Source of the DNA: a virus
Strand: one strand, 5' to 3'
Length of the DNA: 64,000 nucleotides
Virus record (IMG/VR): IMGVR_UViG_3300031787_000068
Location: 12,923 to 76,922 of that record
How positions within the stretch are numbered: position 1 is the stretch's first letter; every line of letters begins with the position of its first letter. This document shows positions 50,069 to 59,248 of this stretch, in pieces. The position numbers were made by a program, and so were the translations under genes. Under the pieces are notes generated by a model. The model made no database searches, was not told the origin of the DNA, and saw nothing but the letters and a program-made list of their open reading frames with translations.

Positions 50069-50725
50069 ATGAATTTAGTCGGGATAGATTTCTCGATCAA
50101 TTCTCCTTCTTTTTGTTGTCTCAAAGACGATAAGTATGTATGGGGATCTTTGACGAGATCGGATAGAACAGAAGAATCTCTTAAAAAGAATTCTAAAAAA
50201 CCATTCGCAATTCTTAGCGATGTGGAGGATTTAAGATTTATTTTTTTGGATAAAAAAGAACTCCCTTCGGAATATTCCGAAAGGGAAAGAATAAAAATAG
50301 AATATTTTTTAGAAATAGTTGATAATCTATGGGATGCAATTTCTAATGAAATGGGAGACGAACCATTTAAAGTAGCTATGGAAGGACTTAGCTTTTCTTC
50401 TAATGGTAATTCTCTTGTTGATATAGCAATGGCTACTGCTCTACTAAGAGAAAGAATCATCAATTCTATAGGAGTGGAAAATTTTCATGTTTTTTCTCCC
50501 ACATCAATTAAAAAGTTTGCGGTAAAAGGAAATGCCAAAAAGGATGAACTTTACCATGCTTTGGTTGATTTAAAAGAGGAGGGAACTAATATGAATGAAT
50601 TGACCCAGATACTGGAGGAAAATAAGGGAGAATGGATTACCCCGAAGAAAGTAGTTAATAAGCCAGTGGATGATATAGTAGATGCAACTTGGATTCTTTT
50701 ATTTTTAAAAAATAATTTAAAATGA
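50069..50725 (+). CDS. RuvC-like Holliday junction resolvase
   Basis: VGIDFSINSP, VAMEGLSFSS, FSPTSIKKFA..GNAKKDEL, KPVDDIVDA. Confidence 0.8.
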   Translation: MNLVGIDFSINSPSFCCLKDDKYVWGSLTRSDRTEESLKKNSKKPFAILSDVEDLRFIFLDKKELPSEYSERERIKIEYFLEIVDNLWDAISNEMGDEPFKVAMEGLSFSSNGNSLVDIAMATALLRERIINSIGVENFHVFSPTSIKKFAVKGNAKKDELYHALVDLKEEGTNMNELTQILEENKGEWITPKKVVNKPVDDIVDATWILLFLKNNLK

Positions 50726-50728
50726 TCG

Positions 50729-50757
50729 GAAATATTTCTCCGATTTTAGTGTATAAT
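50729..50757 (+). promoter_or_regulatory. Putative early/middle promoter GAAAT-N18-TATAAT
   Basis: Upstream of the gp32-like gene; same spacing as three other sites. Confidence 0.6.
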
Positions 50758-50790
50758 TTGTGTTAATTTAAAATTTAAAAAAAAGTAATT

Positions 50791-51810
50791 ATGGAAAATT
50801 TGGACATTTTTAATTTGAGTGCAGATTCTTTAGTAACTAAAGTAAATGCAAAAACAGAAAAGGATTTGGAATTTTATAAGCCTTATCCTGAAAACGGAAA
50901 AGATGGAGTTTATAAGTCTTTAATCCGTTTCGTACCTAATCCGGTAGATCCGGCTAAATCTAAAATCCACAAATATTATGTTTATTTGAATGATCCAGTT
51001 TCTGGAGAATCATTTCCGGTAGACTGCCCTTCAACTGTGGGTAAAAAATCAATCGTAAAAGATCTTTTCTGGAAACTTAAAAATTCTCACTCTGCAGCAG
51101 ATCAGGAATTGGCTAAGTCTTTTTCTAGAAAGGAAGATTTTTACTCTTTGATCCAAATCGTTCAGGATAAAAATGCTCCTGAGATGGAAGGAAAAATCAT
51201 GATTTTTAAGTTTGGTAAAAAACTTAATGATATGATCGAAGCTCAGTTAAAACCTGAGTACGGAGATCCTTCAAATCCTTTTGATCTATTTAATGGTAGA
51301 GAATTTGCTATCCAAGTAAGAAAAGTTGGAGAATGGAATAATTATGATCTTTGCTCATTTGTTGGAAACCCATCTCCTATTAAGATCGAAGGAGTTCCCA
51401 TGCAAAGAAACGAATCAGACATGAAAAAGATCGTAGATTATCTTAACAATGGTCCTAAGAATTTATCTTCTTTTGATTATAAAGATTGGGATGAGGCTAC
51501 AACACAAAAAGTTATGTCTGTAATTAGAAATTCTGTTCCCGAAGGAAGATTAGTTAATGAAGTTATCGGAGGAGTTGCTTCTTCACCTTCTAATAATTCT
51601 TATTCTTCTCCGGTACAATCTTATACTACTGGAAGCGGAACTGCTCCTTCAGTTAATCCAACACAGGCTTCTTCTGAGCAGATCTCAGATTTCAATTCTT
51701 TCTATAGCGAAGCATCTAATACGAAATCTTCTTCGGATAACACTTCAGATTCTTCCCCAAGCACAGGAGGAGGTATATCATCATTAGATGATTTATACGC
51801 AGATCTATAA
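50791..51810 (+). CDS. Single-stranded DNA-binding protein, T4 gp32-like
   Basis: SLIRFVP, MEGKIMIFKFGKKL, NPFDLFNGREFAIQVRKVGEWNNYDLCSF, acidic tail SLDDLYADL. Confidence 0.9.
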   Translation: MENLDIFNLSADSLVTKVNAKTEKDLEFYKPYPENGKDGVYKSLIRFVPNPVDPAKSKIHKYYVYLNDPVSGESFPVDCPSTVGKKSIVKDLFWKLKNSHSAADQELAKSFSRKEDFYSLIQIVQDKNAPEMEGKIMIFKFGKKLNDMIEAQLKPEYGDPSNPFDLFNGREFAIQVRKVGEWNNYDLCSFVGNPSPIKIEGVPMQRNESDMKKIVDYLNNGPKNLSSFDYKDWDEATTQKVMSVIRNSVPEGRLVNEVIGGVASSPSNNSYSSPVQSYTTGSGTAPSVNPTQASSEQISDFNSFYSEASNTKSSSDNTSDSSPSTGGGISSLDDLYADL

Positions 51811-51829
51811 GATATAAAAACAAAAATAG

Positions 51830-51856
51830 AAGGCAGCTTTTTAGCTGCCTTTTTTA
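51830..51856 (+). terminator. Rho-independent terminator after gp32
   Basis: AAGGCAGCT-tttt-AGCTGCCTT followed by a T run. Confidence 0.85.
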
Positions 51857-51868
51857 TCTCAAATAAAA

Positions 51869-52930
51869 ATGGAAGCTTCTAGAATAGAAGAATTGGTTTC
51901 TGGTGTTTTAAGGAAAGAATTTTCGGATTCCCCCTTAAAGCAAAGCATATCTAAATCTTTAAACAGATTGAATATATGCTGTCCTTATTGTGGGGATAGT
52001 AAAAATCCAAGAAAGAAGAGGGGAAATTTCTATTTAGATACTTTAACATACAAGTGCTATAATGGGGGATGCGGGGTTTTTAAAGATTCTATATCCTTTT
52101 TTAAAGATTTTGGTCTATACGGAAATCTTTCAGGCGGGGAAAGAAAAGAGATATCCCAAATACTAGAGGATAATAAAAGTAAAAGGGTTAATTCGTACGG
52201 AAAAATAGATTTTTCTTATTTTATAGATAATGATTTTAATTCTGTTCTTATCGATAGAAATGATTTCTGTAATTCCCTAGGTCTTATCGATGTAGATCAA
52301 TCCAAGATATTGGTGTATGTAAAAAGAAGACACCAAAATCCAGATTCTAAATTTGCTTGGGATCCCAAAAAAGAAAGACTTTTTCTTTTTAATTTAACGT
52401 CGGATAATAAGATAATGGGTCTTCAGATTAGAAATATGAATTCAATAAAGGGATCTTCTAAATATTTAACCTATAGACTTAGCGGAATTTATTCTAAACT
52501 TCTTGGAATAAATGAAGAATCAGTAATAGAAAAATCCCAAAAGGTTGATCCCGTTTCCCATGTTTTTGGACTTGGGGGATTGGACTTCGGAAAAGAAATT
52601 ACTATATTTGAAGGGCCTATGGATTCTTGGCTTTGGTCTAATTCAGTTGGTCTTTGTTCTATAGAAAACAGATTTCCTTTTGGAGTTAATAATATAAGGT
52701 ATTGGTACGATTGGGACAAAGCAGGAATAGATAAATCAATGGAACTTCTAGGAGAAGGGAAAATGGTTTTTAACTGGGGAAAATTTTTGGAAGAGCACGA
52801 AATAACAAAAAATAGAAAATGGGATCTTAATGATCTTGTAATCTATTTAAGATCTTCAGGAAAGAAGATAAGAAGATTTGATAATTATTTTACTAAAGAT
52901 GTATTGGACCTTAGATATTTTGTCAGATAA
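51869..52930 (+). CDS. DNA primase, T4 gp61-like
   Basis: Zn finger CPYCGDS...YKCYNGGC; TOPRIM IFEGPMDS and YDWDKAG. Confidence 0.9.
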   Translation: MEASRIEELVSGVLRKEFSDSPLKQSISKSLNRLNICCPYCGDSKNPRKKRGNFYLDTLTYKCYNGGCGVFKDSISFFKDFGLYGNLSGGERKEISQILEDNKSKRVNSYGKIDFSYFIDNDFNSVLIDRNDFCNSLGLIDVDQSKILVYVKRRHQNPDSKFAWDPKKERLFLFNLTSDNKIMGLQIRNMNSIKGSSKYLTYRLSGIYSKLLGINEESVIEKSQKVDPVSHVFGLGGLDFGKEITIFEGPMDSWLWSNSVGLCSIENRFPFGVNNIRYWYDWDKAGIDKSMELLGEGKMVFNWGKFLEEHEITKNRKWDLNDLVIYLRSSGKKIRRFDNYFTKDVLDLRYFVR

Positions 52931-53165
52931 AGATCCTTCTGTAATAGAGGATAAAACCCATTCTTGGGAGGAAGAACTTAGAGAACAGGATTCTCCTAAA
53001 TTAAAATTTCCCCTTAAGATAAAAGAAGATCCTTTAAAAGGAGAAACCCTAGAGTTTAAAGACCCTATAATAAAAGATCCTGTTCCTAAGAAGAAAGAAA
53101 TGTGTAAATCTTTTAAGATAGTGGAATCCGGTAAAAACAAGAAAAACAAGAAAAACTTATTTTAA
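52920..53165 (+). CDS. Hypothetical protein (start uncertain, 52878 or TTG 52920)
   Basis: Fills the gap between primase and UvsY. Confidence 0.5.
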   Translation: MSDKDPSVIEDKTHSWEEELREQDSPKLKFPLKIKEDPLKGETLEFKDPIIKDPVPKKKEMCKSFKIVESGKNKKNKKNLF

Positions 53166-53609
53166 ATGTCAGACGATAAAGTAGATTTTAGAAAAATATT
53201 CGAACAGGAAAGATCTGAATGGAGAGAAAAAATCCAAGTAATTTCTCTACAGCTAAAAGATATAAAAACGGTAGCAAATGCCCAGATAGATCTCTTTAGC
53301 CAGAGACAAATTCTATTGGAATATAGCTATAAACTTGCTTCTATTATAGCTAGATTAAATTCTAAATATAGGACAGAGAGAAATAAAAAGACCAAAGATT
53401 ATTCTGAAAATAGTAATTTTAGATACGGAGTAAATGAAATAAAAACTCTTGTAGAAGGGGATCTTTCGGAAATAGTAGAAAAATTAGAATTGGTAGAAGG
53501 ACATAGAAAATTTATAGATCAGACCGTTCAAACCGTAGATCATATGTTATACGGAATAAGACAGAGAATATCTCTGGAGGAATATTTAAGGGGATCTACA
53601 ATTAAATAA
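53166..53609 (+). CDS. uvsY: Recombination mediator, UvsY-like
   Basis: 147 aa all-helical protein of UvsY size next to UvsW; LVEGDLSEIVEKLELVEGHRKFIDQTVQTVDHMLYGIRQRI. Confidence 0.65.
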   Translation: MSDDKVDFRKIFEQERSEWREKIQVISLQLKDIKTVANAQIDLFSQRQILLEYSYKLASIIARLNSKYRTERNKKTKDYSENSNFRYGVNEIKTLVEGDLSEIVEKLELVEGHRKFIDQTVQTVDHMLYGIRQRISLEEYLRGSTIK

Positions 53610-53632
53610 TATATAGAATAAATTGGATTTTT

Positions 53633-54394
53633 ATGTTCATTTATAAAACTACAAACTTAATAAACGGAAAAATTTATATAGGGCAATCTAAATATAATAA
53701 TCCCGATTATATGGGTAGTGGAATTTTTATAAAACAAGCAGTAGAGAAATACGGAAAAGTAAATTTTTCAAAAGTTATATTGGAAGAATGTGAATCCCAG
53801 GAAATTACGAACGAAAAAGAAAAATTTTGGATAAAAGAATTAAATTCCAAAGATAAATCTATAGGATATAATGTTGCTGATGGAGGAAGTTCTTTTATTA
53901 TGAACAAAGAGATATCCGAAAAAATTTCAAAAACTTTAAAGGGGAAATATACAGGGGAGAATTCTTTTAGATACGGAATAGAAATTACAGAGGATCATAA
54001 AAAAATTATATCTTTTCACAACAAAGGAAAAAAACTTACCGAGGAAACTAGAGAAAAAATGTCAAATTCTAAAAAGGGAATTACTTTTTCTGAAGAATCT
54101 AGAAAAAAAATGTCGGAATCACATTCTAATAAACCTTTAAAAGAAGAACACAAAAAAAATATATCTAATTCTTTAAGAGGTAGAAAAGTTAAGGAAGAAA
54201 CTAAAAATATTCTGAGGGATAAGAATATAAATAAAACCCAAAAAAATTCTTTAAAGGTTTTTGCTATTAGGATTTTAGATAATTTCTCAATCGATTTCAA
54301 TAATTGTTCCGAAGCTTCGAGATATTTTAAATGCACAAGGCAGAGAATAAAAGATAATAAAATAGAAGGGTGGCAACTAAAAACCCAAAAATAA
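53633..54394 (+). mobile_element. Free-standing GIY-YIG homing endonuclease (Seg-like) with NUMOD3 repeats
   Basis: MFIYKTTNLINGKIYIGQS, YMGSG, EKFWI, GYNVADGG; repeats of the type KGKKLTEETREKMS; AATATATA upstream at 53608-53615. Confidence 0.9.
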
Positions 54395-54404
54395 AAAAAT
54401 TATA

Positions 54405-55943
54405 ATGTTAAAATTTCAAGTTTCAGAAGATGAGCAGTGGATGGTTCTTTTAGAATTCGAAGATGAAGTCGAGAAAAAACAGATAGAAATATCTTTAACT
54501 AAAAAGATCCATAATTTCTATTTTCATCCACTCGTTAAAAAAAAATTGTGGACGGGGGATATTTGTTTTATAGAAAAGAAAGGAGGATTTTGGAAAATCC
54601 CTATAGGACTTTGGAGAGAAGTTTTACAAATAGGAGAAGAATATTCCATAAAGATAGAGATAACAGGTCTCGATAAAATAATTCTAAAGGATCTAACTTT
54701 AGAGGATTTTACTAAATGGGTTAATGATTTCTTCGAAGGTGGAATAGGGGGAAATCCTGATATTATGCCTAGGGATTACCAAATAGAAACGGCATGGAAA
54801 ATAATTAAATATAGGTACTCTATAAGCGAAGTAGCAACTTCTAGTGGTAAAACCTTAATCTCTTTCATGATACTTGCGTACCTTAAATCTATGGGACTAA
54901 TACGTAAGTATCTTATGATAGTTCCTACTACGAATTTAGTTTTCCAAGGAAATGATGATTTTATCGATTACGGTTTAGATAAAATAGGATCTAGAATCCA
55001 ACAGATAGGGGGAGGGAGTAAATTAAGAGGAGATTGCGATGTTATAATAGGAACTTTCCAGTCTTTGGTTAAAAAGGAATCTGATTTTTTTGAAGAGGTA
55101 GACGTAGTTTTTATAGATGAAGCCCATTACACTAATTCAAATTCTATAAAGAAAATAGTTTCCAAATGCATGCATGCAAAATGGAGATATGGATTAACCG
55201 GAACTTTAACCAAACGAGGAACTGCAGATCATCTTACTATACAGCAATTTCTTGGTCCTTTGATTATGGAGATATCACCAAATTTCTTATTTCAAAATAA
55301 CTATGCTACTCCGGTTCACGTAAAGGTAGTTATTATGGATTGGCTAGATCCGGAATATAAAGAAAAACTTGCAGAATTAAAACTTAATACTAATAATCTG
55401 GAAGGGAATGACGTATATAACCTAGAAAGAAAATTAGTTATAGAAAGTAAAATAAGGCTAAATTACGTAGTTGATTTTATATCCAGAACTTCTAAGAATT
55501 CCCTAGTTCTTTTCCAATCAGTAAAAGATGAGTATGGAAAAAATATATGGAATCTCCTGAGGGAAAAGACCTCGGATAAGGAGGTTTTTTATGTTGACGG
55601 GGATACTTCAGAATCTCTTAGAGAAGAATATAAATCTAGAATGGCGAAAGGAGAAAATAAAATTCTTGTAGCTACATACGGTACTTTTTCTACCGGGATT
55701 TCTATAAATAATCTACATAATATATTTTTAGTGGAATCTTATAAGAGTGAGGTTTTAATAAAACAGAGTCTTGGTAGGGGAATGAGAAAGATGGAGGGAA
55801 AAGAAAGTGTAAATATAATAGATTTTGTGGACGATTTTAGTGTCCCCAAATACCAAAATTATCTAATGAAGCATAGTTTGGCTAGAATAGAGATATACAA
55901 AAAAGAAAAATTTCCTTACAAGATATTCAAAGTAAAATTATAA
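54405..55943 (+). CDS. uvsW: UvsW DNA/RNA helicase (SF2)
   Basis: PRDYQ, ATSSGKT, IDEAH, GLTGT, ATYGTFSTGISINNL, QSLGRGMR. Confidence 0.92.
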   Translation: MLKFQVSEDEQWMVLLEFEDEVEKKQIEISLTKKIHNFYFHPLVKKKLWTGDICFIEKKGGFWKIPIGLWREVLQIGEEYSIKIEITGLDKIILKDLTLEDFTKWVNDFFEGGIGGNPDIMPRDYQIETAWKIIKYRYSISEVATSSGKTLISFMILAYLKSMGLIRKYLMIVPTTNLVFQGNDDFIDYGLDKIGSRIQQIGGGSKLRGDCDVIIGTFQSLVKKESDFFEEVDVVFIDEAHYTNSNSIKKIVSKCMHAKWRYGLTGTLTKRGTADHLTIQQFLGPLIMEISPNFLFQNNYATPVHVKVVIMDWLDPEYKEKLAELKLNTNNLEGNDVYNLERKLVIESKIRLNYVVDFISRTSKNSLVLFQSVKDEYGKNIWNLLREKTSDKEVFYVDGDTSESLREEYKSRMAKGENKILVATYGTFSTGISINNLHNIFLVESYKSEVLIKQSLGRGMRKMEGKESVNIIDFVDDFSVPKYQNYLMKHSLARIEIYKKEKFPYKIFKVKL

Positions 55944-55969
55944 TTTTTTGAATATATAAAAATAAAATT

Positions 55970-56293
55970 ATGGCAATAGAAATTAACGAAAAAGAACTAA
56001 AAGAATTTATAGAAAATTCCAATAAACCCATCGTAATAGATTTTTATGCTACCTGGTGCGGGCCTTGTAAAGTTTCGGAACCTGTATTTAAAGAATTTTC
56101 CGATATTAATTCGGATAGATTGGAATTCTATAAAGTAGACGTAGATAAAAATAGAGAAATAAGTATCGAATACGGGATAAAAAGTATTCCTACTTTTATT
56201 GTTCTTGAAAATGGAAAAGTAAAAAAGAAAATTGTAGGAGTTGCAACGAGAGAAAAATTGGAGGATCTCATATCTGAATATAAATTAAATTAA
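55970..56293 (+). CDS. trxA: Thioredoxin
   Basis: DFYATWCGPCK, SIPT; AATATATA upstream at 55951-55958. Confidence 0.92.
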   Translation: MAIEINEKELKEFIENSNKPIVIDFYATWCGPCKVSEPVFKEFSDINSDRLEFYKVDVDKNREISIEYGIKSIPTFIVLENGKVKKKIVGVATREKLEDLISEYKLN

Positions 56294-57232
56294 ATGGAAA
56301 AGGGGTATTTGAGATTTCAAGAATTTTTAAAACTTTTCGAAGGAGGAAATGCGATAAAGACCGCGAGAAAGATCAGGGAAGACGAATTTCCAAAAACTTT
56401 AGAGAGTATTCAAAATGAATTATTACCTATTTTGGGAATAGATCCACAGAAATTGGGGGATGAGTACATTATAATAGGAAGTATAGGGAAAAAGAAAAAC
56501 CCTTCTGACGAATCAGGAGATTTAGATCTTGGGTATGATGGAAAGATTTTTTCTTCCAATCAAGGGGTTTCCTATAATGAATGCTCCAAAAAAATTTACG
56601 AGATATTATCCTTGAACCTTAAAGAAATTTTAGGATTTGACCCCGAGATAAATTTTCTTAGAGGATTAAATATAGTTAGTATAGGATGGCCAATAGAAGG
56701 AGATCCAGAATTAGGAATAGTTCAATTGGATCTAATCCCTTTATCTTCTATGAAATGGGCTAAGTTTATTTATTATTCCCCAGACTACAGATTTGGAGAA
56801 AGTAAATATAAATCTGCTCATAGAAATTGGCTTTTATCAGCAATACTATCCGCAAAAAGAAATATTTTAGCTTCTAATGAAGAAGGGGAAGTTTTAGATT
56901 ACGAATCCCCGGTTATAATACTTAGCGATGGTCTTTATTTAAATACTAAAACCTTCAGAGGGAAACAAAAGGATAGATTAAAAAATCCTAAAAAAATAGA
57001 AGGGGGAGAAAAATTCATAACTAACGATCCCCAAGAATTTATCGACTATACTTTGGGAAAAGGTTACACACAAGATCAAATTAAAACTTTTGAATCCCTT
57101 TTTAAAATAATAACTTCTAAAGATTTTCCAATGAAGGATCAACTACCCGTAATAAAGGAAAGATTTTTAGAATATATGGAACGTACGGGGCTCCCGGTTC
57201 CTACCGAAATAAACTATTTACCATCAAAATAA
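56294..57232 (+). CDS. DNA polymerase beta-superfamily nucleotidyltransferase with CTS-like leader
   Basis: IIGSIGKK....SGDLDL (GS...DxD) and third acidic residue in VQLDL; N-terminus YLRFQEFLKLFEGGNA. Confidence 0.75.
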   Translation: MEKGYLRFQEFLKLFEGGNAIKTARKIREDEFPKTLESIQNELLPILGIDPQKLGDEYIIIGSIGKKKNPSDESGDLDLGYDGKIFSSNQGVSYNECSKKIYEILSLNLKEILGFDPEINFLRGLNIVSIGWPIEGDPELGIVQLDLIPLSSMKWAKFIYYSPDYRFGESKYKSAHRNWLLSAILSAKRNILASNEEGEVLDYESPVIILSDGLYLNTKTFRGKQKDRLKNPKKIEGGEKFITNDPQEFIDYTLGKGYTQDQIKTFESLFKIITSKDFPMKDQLPVIKERFLEYMERTGLPVPTEINYLPSK

Positions 57233-57255
57233 TTTTTTTATCCCATATAAAATCT

Positions 57256-57264
57256 TATATTTGC
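57256..57264 (+). promoter_or_regulatory. Possible Bacteroidota sigma70 -7 element TATATTTGC
   Basis: Matches TAnnTTTG in the 52-nt gap before ATG 57285. Confidence 0.4.
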
Positions 57265-57284
57265 TAGAAACGAAATAAAATAAA

Positions 57285-59237
57285 ATGTCAGGAATATCAC
57301 ATCTTTACGATTTATACAACAAAAAAGGACAGGATTTCATAGAGAAATTATTTAATACCTATGTAACTGTAAATGAGAAAATGGATGGATCTGCTTTTAT
57401 TTTCGAAAGAGATTTACAAACAGGAAAATTTAAATTTTATAAAAGGGATCAAAGAAATCCTATAACTATGGTGGATAGAACTTTAATGAAATACTACGAA
57501 GCCCCAATACAGTATATAGAATCTTTACCTCCCCATATTTTAAATAAAATTCCAAGAGGATGGAAATTTGGTCTAGAATACTTTTCTAGTCCTCAACCGG
57601 TAGAAATTGCATACGATAGAATACCTAAAAATAATCTAATTCTTTCTTATGTCCATGTAATAGAGGAATCTGGAACGATAGCTAGAACAATACAGGAAAA
57701 GGAAAAATTAGACACCTGGGCGGATCTTTTAGGAATAGAAAGACCCCCGATTATTTTTCAAGGAAATCTAGAAGAAGACCAGAAAAATAAAATTCTAGAT
57801 TTTTTAAGAACTCCTTTTAACGAATTAATAGAGGAATTTAAAACTAAGAGTTTCGTTAGATTCATAATAGGTGTTTTAAATCCAGAATTAAAGAAAACAG
57901 CTCTAAATGAAGATTTGGATAAAGCTATAGAAGGAATAGTTTTTAGATTCGGAGACCCTTCAGGGGGAGATCCTATTCTTTCTAAAATGGTAGATCCTTT
58001 ATTTACCGAAATAGCAAAATCGAAAGCTCAAAAGAGAAAAGAAGAAAAACCCAGCGATTTCCTTGGGATAACTCTAATAGATGTAATGAATTTTATCTTG
58101 GAAAGAGGAGTAGATTCTTTCGAATGTAAAGGAGACACTAACGATGAAAGATACGTTTCTTTTATATCTTCTGTTTTTGTAGATTTCCTCCAGGAATATT
58201 ATGATATGTACAAAGGAGCAGATTTCCAAGAGCCAGAATATCTCAAAAAAGATGAATTTAGAGTAAATAAAAAATTTATAAAAAATAAGGAAGTTATAAA
58301 TTATATAGATGAAGACGAATCTTTTGAATCTCTTTTTAAGCTTATTTTAAATTCATTTAGAAAAATAAAAAAGAGAGCAGGGGGTCTAATAAATCAAGGA
58401 GCATTAGAACAATTCAATCTTCTGATACAGGAAATACAGAAAAAGGTGGAAAGTATAAAAGAATCTTTTGTTTTTGAATCGGACCTTCCTACATTTTTAG
58501 ATTTTAAAAGAAAGAATTCTGATAAGAATAAAATAAATTATGTTACCGAAGAAACAGAAGGTGAAAAAGAAGAAGATCCTTTTTATTCTTATAATGAATT
58601 TATATCTGCTTTAGAAACTATAGATGATTCCGAAATTTCCAAAAAAGAATTAAAAGAAGACCAGGGGGATCCAGAAAAAAAATTAGAAGATGTAAATGTT
58701 CTAATTGGAAGATTTCAGCCATTTCACAATGGACACTTAAAAATGGCAAAAGTCATGAAAGAGGAAAACGGTCTTCCTTGTATGGTTGCGGTTGTTCACC
58801 CGGGACACAACACATCCGGGAAATCCCCTTTCGATGAAAATTTGGTTAAAAAATATATGGAATCTGTAGTAAGGGAAAACCCAGATCTAATATGCGGATT
58901 TTTTATAGTAGGAAAAGGTCTTCTCGGGGTAATTTACGGAACTTGTAAATCTCATGGATTTAACATTAAAAGGATAGGAGCCGGGGAAGACAGAATGTTA
59001 GATTATAAAAAACAGATAGATTATCTAAAGAAAAATGGTTCAGATTTTCCTAAAGATATCGAACTAATAAAAACCCCTAGATCCACTAGTGCTACTGAGG
59101 TAAGAGAAAAAATAAAAAATGAAGACTTTACCTCATTTAAAAAATTAGTCCCTCCTTCTATATCTTCTCTCTATAATTCTTTGGTTACTGGGATGAATTC
59201 TCATGTAAAAACCAATGAATCGTTGGAAAGTGAATAG
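57285..59237 (+). CDS. Fusion: ATP-dependent (RNA) ligase-like domain plus HIGH-type nucleotidyltransferase (NadM/cytidyltransferase-like)
   Basis: Ligase motif I VNEKMDGS, ERPPIIFQG, motif IV IEGIVF, motif V LSKMVD; C-terminal IGRFQPFHNGH, GAGEDR, RSTSATEVRE. Confidence 0.8.
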   Translation: MSGISHLYDLYNKKGQDFIEKLFNTYVTVNEKMDGSAFIFERDLQTGKFKFYKRDQRNPITMVDRTLMKYYEAPIQYIESLPPHILNKIPRGWKFGLEYFSSPQPVEIAYDRIPKNNLILSYVHVIEESGTIARTIQEKEKLDTWADLLGIERPPIIFQGNLEEDQKNKILDFLRTPFNELIEEFKTKSFVRFIIGVLNPELKKTALNEDLDKAIEGIVFRFGDPSGGDPILSKMVDPLFTEIAKSKAQKRKEEKPSDFLGITLIDVMNFILERGVDSFECKGDTNDERYVSFISSVFVDFLQEYYDMYKGADFQEPEYLKKDEFRVNKKFIKNKEVINYIDEDESFESLFKLILNSFRKIKKRAGGLINQGALEQFNLLIQEIQKKVESIKESFVFESDLPTFLDFKRKNSDKNKINYVTEETEGEKEEDPFYSYNEFISALETIDDSEISKKELKEDQGDPEKKLEDVNVLIGRFQPFHNGHLKMAKVMKEENGLPCMVAVVHPGHNTSGKSPFDENLVKKYMESVVRENPDLICGFFIVGKGLLGVIYGTCKSHGFNIKRIGAGEDRMLDYKKQIDYLKKNGSDFPKDIELIKTPRSTSATEVREKIKNEDFTSFKKLVPPSISSLYNSLVTGMNSHVKTNESLESE

Positions 59238-59244
59238 ATATATA
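59237..59244 (+). promoter_or_regulatory. Putative late promoter GATATATA
   Basis: Directly before ATG 59249. Confidence 0.55.
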
Positions 59245-59248
59245 GAAT

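Noticed and set aside
49852-50463. 203-aa minus-strand ORF and other short antisense ORFs in the track
   Set aside because: They lie opposite well-supported plus-strand genes and show no motifs or expression signals
50725-50744. ATCGGA...TCCGAT inverted repeat upstream of gp32 as an autoregulatory structure
   Set aside because: Only a 6-bp stem, and it lies upstream of the predicted transcription start; too weak to call
53633-54394. Group I intron around the GIY-YIG gene
   Set aside because: The flanking uvsY and uvsW genes appear intact and the gaps are only 23 and 10 nt, leaving no room for a ribozyme core
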